Assembly (NCBI GenBank): GCA_004764695.1
Contig: SMSO01000032.1
Span: 496,001-560,000 of the forward strand
Origin: Schizochytrium sp. TIO01
Taxonomy: Eukaryota > Protista > Bigyra: Labyrinthulomycetes
Direction of reading: 5' to 3'
Length of the DNA: 64,000 nt
Both the position numbers and the translations under genes were made by a program. Shown here piece by piece: positions 58,272 through 64,000 of this stretch. The stretch's first letter is position 1. Every line of letters begins with the position of its first letter. Below the pieces are notes generated by a model. That model ran no database searches, was not told where the DNA came from, and worked only from the letters and a program-made list of their open reading frames with translations.

Positions 58272-61200
58272 TAAATAAGTAAAAATATTACTTTAAAATG
58301 AATTTCTTCTTTATCTGTTGCACATCGCAAAGTGCCCTAGGCTTACAGTTACTAATAGCAAAAGCCTTTAGGAGCGGGCCGGACAAGAAAGCGCTGCGTT
58401 GAGTAGAAGAGTTGAGTTGAGTTGAAAGTCCCGTTTGGCCCACGAGTCAGCCGGTCCTCTGCTCGACTGGCGGAGCACTCGTCGGCCGCTCAGAGTGTCT
58501 CTCGTGCGTAGAGGAGCAATGCCTCCTCCCTCAGCGCTCTGGTGGCTTCTTGGCCCCGAGAAGGACTTCCTGATCGGCTTAGGCTTCTTCTGTCAGGGCG
58601 GCGCATGGAGTGTTAATTATAAGTGAGCGAAGCCTGTTCATTATAGAGCGCTGTTCTTTGTGGCCTTTTGGAACGATCTTTTCAGGAGCTCGATTTTGCT
58701 TTTGGGCGGTGGAAATCGGGCTCTGCTCTTTGCAGTTTGCGCCGATTGATTTCTGCGACCAGCAATCGATCGACGGCTCCAAGCCGATCGTGTCGAGGTT
58801 CGAACTCCGTCGTTCGTTCGAGCGACGGGAAACCCACCCCGAAATCGCGATTATGGACCTCTCCCCGTTCATGCATATTCCCAATCATCTCCAGGTCCAA
58901 CTCGAGAGATAAGTCTGCTTCGCAAGCTCAATTACATTTCTGAAGATCGATCGTTTCGGTCCAATAGGCCTCCCATGAATGAACGAACGAATGAATGAAT
59001 GAATTAACGAATTAGTTGATTAATTAATCCTCTCAGGTCCTGTGAGAGCCATGTGAGAGTGAGTGCTCGACTTAGAGAGGGCCTGTTTATGAAGTCTTCA
59101 GTTGAGACGCTGCTACGTAAAACCTGAGCAATCATAGCACTGCAGAGCTGCTCCATTTCTCGCCCCCCTGCTCTAGATTTGCACGCCCGGCCATCGACCG
59201 CACCCGCTCACTGCCTTTGAGGTTGGGGTTGCGGCTAACGAGACTGCAACGTCAAGATGCTTCAAGAGCAGCTTGCTCAATTGCCTCTGGCGACTGCTGC
59301 TGCTGCTGCTGAAAAGAGGAGGGAGGGCAGTACGAGGAGCTATGGCTACTGTTCACAACTCGTTCCTGTTCTCGCGTGCTTCGATCTAGCATCTGCTGTA
59401 CCTTTCGGCCTGCTTGGTCTGGTTTTACAGGGAGGCGCTAGGTACGAGTCCATGGACACGCGGGTACTAGCAGTAGTACACACAAGAAGATGCTCGAAAG
59501 CGCAGAGTGCTTTGACAAGTTAAGTAATGATGACTTGCGCTGGGCGTGCTCGAGAGGGAGGAACTCGAGCTAGCAGCAGTAGGAATGCCTGGGTTTCACA
59601 GATCGAAGCAAAAATGAAAAAATAAATTAAAAAATACACCTTTTGGAAACACGAAGAATTTCGCTTTCGACTGCAAGCGTAATTGTTTTTTTTTGGGGGG
59701 TTGTTTTGGTTTTCAACAAGAAAACTACTACATAGCAGTATTATTGGTGGATAACATTTGTTTTATACTGAGTAGGATGTACTAAATGGACATTTCTTTT
59801 TCTCTCAATAGATGGGATAGGTTCAACTAGAGAGGCAGATTTCCCGTAGATAGACACTTTGAAAAGATTGGCCTGTTCGTTAGCTTACAAATGAGGTTGC
59901 TGAAGTTGTTAGCCATGATCTTTCAGAAATGAGAGTGCTACGATGCTTTTTTCCTACTATATCAGCAGCGAATTTTGCTCCTGCATCTCAAATCACCTAT
60001 CTCAGAATTTTCCCTCGCTTACAAACTGTCTTGATCAAAAGTTTAAGATGTTTCTCGGATGCGGTATAGTGCCAGTTCTGCTTTACATAAGAAGTCGCCC
60101 AAAACAACTTCGTTAAATCTCTTGCCTTCTGACCAGGGCATTTACATCCTCGTTAAGTACCGCGCATTCTCGTTGGTAGGTTGCTTGCTATCACTTGAAC
60201 TTAAAGCACCGTAAAGAACAAATTACCTGTTAAGTGAAAGTCTCAATCTTCGCACCGTTACCCCAGTTGGCTTTTGTAAGTTTCCTTGTGGCCCACCAAA
60301 GCCTAACCTGAGATCCTTGAACTCCTTACGAGGAACCATTCATATAGCTAGCTTCTGTGTGAGAGCTAGTCTCCTCTCGTATCCCACCATACACGCGATG
60401 TTTTTCTGTTGTTGTTTCTTGCGTATTTGGCTTTTGCTGTGTCCACCATTCGTCTATATGCGAATAATGGCGGCGAGTGCTGAGGATATATTACAGTATG
60501 GTCAGCTCCCTTCCTCATTATTTGATGAGCTAAGATTTGAAAACATATATCGCATCATGGAGAAAAGTATTCATTTTTATGTTTTCGTTATTATGTTATG
60601 TTTTTTAAAACGTGATACCACTTTGTATGAACTAAAAGAAAAACACTGTGTAAGAGGACTACAGCAAAGCGGGAAGCGCCTTCATATTTAAGTCGACGTG
60701 CAATCGAAGAATCGCTGGAGGAGAATACCAACACTTGATGAGCAGTCTGCATGCTTGGTAAGGACGTTTTTCAATGGGCTTCAGCATCAGTCAGTCAGGT
60801 CTACATGTAATAAGGACGGCTGACTGGAAGCTGCCAATGTAGGCCGGATGCAGCAGGCCAAGGGCTTACAAAGATGTTGCTGGTTCTTCGCGGTGGGCGG
60901 TCCATTCCTTTTAAGAATTATTTATTTATTTTACTTTTGTTGATAAACCTTTTCTCTCTTTTCTAAAAAGTAAATTATTATTTCTATAAATTCTATATAT
61001 ATTCGTAGTTTATTATTATTATTATTATTAAAATTTAAACCAGGTTTTATTTTTTTTTCTTTCTTTCTCGAAAGAAAGAACTTGAAGGTGAACGCAGAAA
61101 GAGAAACGTAAAGTATTCCGCTGCTTTTACAGTGGGTATATATACCTATGAAAAACATGTCTCTTAATTTCTGTGGACCTAATTCTTACACTGAACAGTC

Positions 61201-63053
61201 TAGCGCTGTAGCAGCGAATGTAATTGGCTTCTCCTTTACTCCTGTAAAGTAGGTATCTACTAGTGTCAATAAAATAACACCCGTTTCGAGGATTTAAATC
61301 CAAACCTTCCTTACATATCACGTTTCTATTTTTATTTTAAATTATCATTCGCTTTTAAAATAATCTTCTTTGATTTGGTTGATGCAACTTTAGATTTTAA
61401 TCTGTAAAACCACAAAAGCAATGGCGTGCCCAAACTTTTAAGCAAGAGAAAAATGACAATCTAACCTTGCCAAGGAAAACAGAAAGAAATGCCGATCAGA
61501 ACTGGTCCTCAGACAGTAGAGTGCTCTTCTATCATGTTCCCTTGGATATTGCCTGTCAACTTGGGACCAGCCGCTGCCGTGAACACCCGACGGAGAACCT
61601 TGCGCTCGTGCGCGCTTTGTCCTTCGGGGAAATATGGAGACACGATTTTCCGACAATACCCTCACATGCGTTTTCGGCCATGATGATAATGAGTCCCCTC
61701 TCGGAAATTTAGGGAGTCTCCCTAATTTGCTCGCAACCGTCGGCGGCATGAGTTGCTGGTGAGTTCTCAAAGTGAGAAATACCTTTTCTAAATAGGTTAT
61801 TACAATAACACATAGTGCCAATTCAAGGAGAGTTTTACTTAGGTGGGGTGGTGCCTTGGAAGTTTTACCGTTACTGTGCACGCCTGGTGGGGGACGGCAC
61901 ACTGAAGTTACTCCGAGATGATGGTTCCTTTGTGTTCGTTAACTTGGCGAGCTCGTGTAGGCGTTCTTGCACCGATGTGAGCAAAAAGAACAGCAGAAGT
62001 GACCTCGGCACAGAATGGAATCATGATCTTTTATAATGTTTGTTTGCTGCTCTTAGAAATACTTCAAAGAGAGCAGACATTTTTACCAAAAGCATAAAAC
62101 TATGGTGATGTAACTTGCTGTCTGTGGCCGAAGTGAAGGTCCTCATTAATGTGTCGATCGTTTTCATATTCTAAGAATGAGTTTGACTCTGAGCAATTGT
62201 ATCTTGAACTCATCTTGTAAGCTTTACCTAGCGCTCACGAGGTTCAGAATCAAGTACAAACACGAAGACGCATATCTTTTTTGACAAAGCCTACATGACC
62301 ACTTTTGTAAATACTCATTTTTTATTCTAAAGTTGTATGAAGTGAGGAAATTTCATGGGCTAATGTAAAATTTCTGAAGAGTTATCTAATGTGGGTACCG
62401 CCGCATTAAAGAGGACTCCCGTTCTCAGAAAATAAGAATTTCGTGTAAGTATCATTTAATGCCTGATGTAGTCTTGGACCTCCTTGTATCTGCCGCTCCA
62501 TACATTACATTTCGCCACAAAGAGAGCCTCAGCCCTGGCTTTAGTTCGGCAATGGTTCAATTATCTCTGGCTTTGATTTCTTACTATCTTTCCCAAATAT
62601 CACGACAAACGAACCTCTTGTGCAAGTTCTCGTCAGTTTGCTCTTCATTCACCTCGTCTCAATGTCTCCTATCGCGACATGAGCTATAGATAATAATCAA
62701 CGAATATTAAAATTCTCAATTCTCCCAATCGTTGCATAGTGCTAAACAGTTCCTTCTTCGTTCCTTATCCTTTTCTTTCTCATTTCTTTTCTTTTTCTTT
62801 TCCTCGTAAAAAAAAACAAAAAACAAATAAAAAACATTTAAGAGAATAAAGAAATGATTGCATTCAGAATTGACTCGATTGAAATCGATGCACTGGAGTA
62901 AGCGATGATCTTCCGCGTTTCCTATTCGCTTCGCCTTGCCTTCGCTGCTTCCGCAGAAGAAGACGCTTGGCTTCGTCGAGCACGCCCTCAGCCTCTGCTT
63001 TCAGCTAGTCTGCCTCGGATGCCTAGGCAGACCTCGCTCGCAGAAGGCACACC

Positions 63054-63339
63054 GTGAATGGAAGCGAGGGTGCGAGGCGTCATCGCGGTCAGCGTCATCA
63101 TGAAGATTACGATAATGATACTGATGCCCTCCAAGAAGAACGTGAAGAACTTGAAGAACAGCACCCCTCCGCGGAGGAGGACTTGAAGAGCGTGCTGGAC
63201 AATGTATCCGAGAGGGAGTATACTTCGACCAACAAACGAACCGAGTTCTTTCTTGCTGCAAAAGTAGAGAAAACGAAGAGAATTTCAATCCCAGGACTCC
63301 AAAGTTAGAGCGAAAGAAGCTTTCGCCTTCGAATCAGAT

Positions 63340-63373
<34 letters not shown>

Positions 63374-63560
63374 TATACAAGCTTTCTGCGAGACCTCGCG
63401 AGCTGTCGTGCAAAATGATAGAGTTTCTGGGCAGGCAGCTTTAAAAAAGAAAAAGGGCAGCGCGCTTGTTTCCAAGAACTTACAAACGCGCGTGGACAAA
63501 GGATCAGCCAACAGATCAGGATGGCCTTGGTAAGGATGCAAGCGAGGTCTTGACCGTGGC
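63054..63560 (+). pseudogene. Possible decayed gene fragment: acidic segment plus TPR-like remnant, split by (AT)n
   Basis: A coding-like acidic frame ends in a stop at 63308, followed by (AT)n at about 63339-63377. Then 63435-63500 reads roughly AALKEKGSALFQE..YKRA only after correcting frameshifts. Confidence 0.22.
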
Positions 63561-64000
63561 GTTTCAATGATGCCTATGGATAAGATAGATCAATAGAACT
63601 GCAGATGATTGATTCACCACGGCACTTCTGTTGTCCATGAATATTTTTATTTTATTTTTTTCTTAAAAAGAAAGGTTTTTCAGTAGTCTTGTGTCTACAA
63701 ATGATCATACATAAAATGAAAATGAAAGAAGCGCTTCAATGTGACAGTGCTTGAAAAAGTAGTAGGCTCTTACTAACAAAAAAGATATCTTGCAATTTTT
63801 TATTTGAGAAAATAAATTGCATAAAGGTAAGTAAACCTTCTCCATTTTCGACGCCAAGATCACCAACGTTCGCTGTACTTGAGTCCGCATCGCTATGCAT
63901 GTGCAGCATCTCTATCTGCGACCTGCTTTTAAAAAGGGTCACAGCCGAGCACCCGAGAACCCATCATCTACGAGATGAACTCGTCTGCTGCATTCTCGCC

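Noticed and set aside
1-64000. CRISPR arrays, rRNA, snRNA, telomeric repeats, intact transposons or viral genes
   Set aside because: No repeat-spacer array, conserved RNA signature or transposase/RT/integrase/capsid motif seen by eye. Short or diverged RNAs could have been missed.

Overview
This is a eukaryotic genomic window: it has a GT-AG intron, no operons, CAAG/CAAA/CACA-ATG start contexts and dense simple repeats. Long single-exon genes and SSR-rich spacers suggest a thraustochytrid-like stramenopile (inference only). I can support eight protein genes: a METTL21/family-16 methyltransferase, two tandem aquaglyceroporins, a stand-alone aspartokinase-type double-ACT protein with a mitochondrial-like presequence, an uncharacterised ARM/HEAT-like protein, GINS subunit Psf2 (two exons), an NZF-DH-PH RhoGEF and a membrane-anchored sulfotransferase-like protein. 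About 24.7 kb (11.4-36.1 kb) and 12.6 kb (51.4-64 kb) contain no recognisable intact gene, only microsatellites, small repeats and possible decayed gene fragments. I found no rRNA, tRNA, CRISPR array or intact transposon. The best candidate for an undescribed system is the kinase-less, apparently mitochondrial ACT-ACT protein at 36086-36823, a possible amino-acid sensor or trans-acting regulatory subunit. All domain calls come from motif recognition by eye; no database searches were run.
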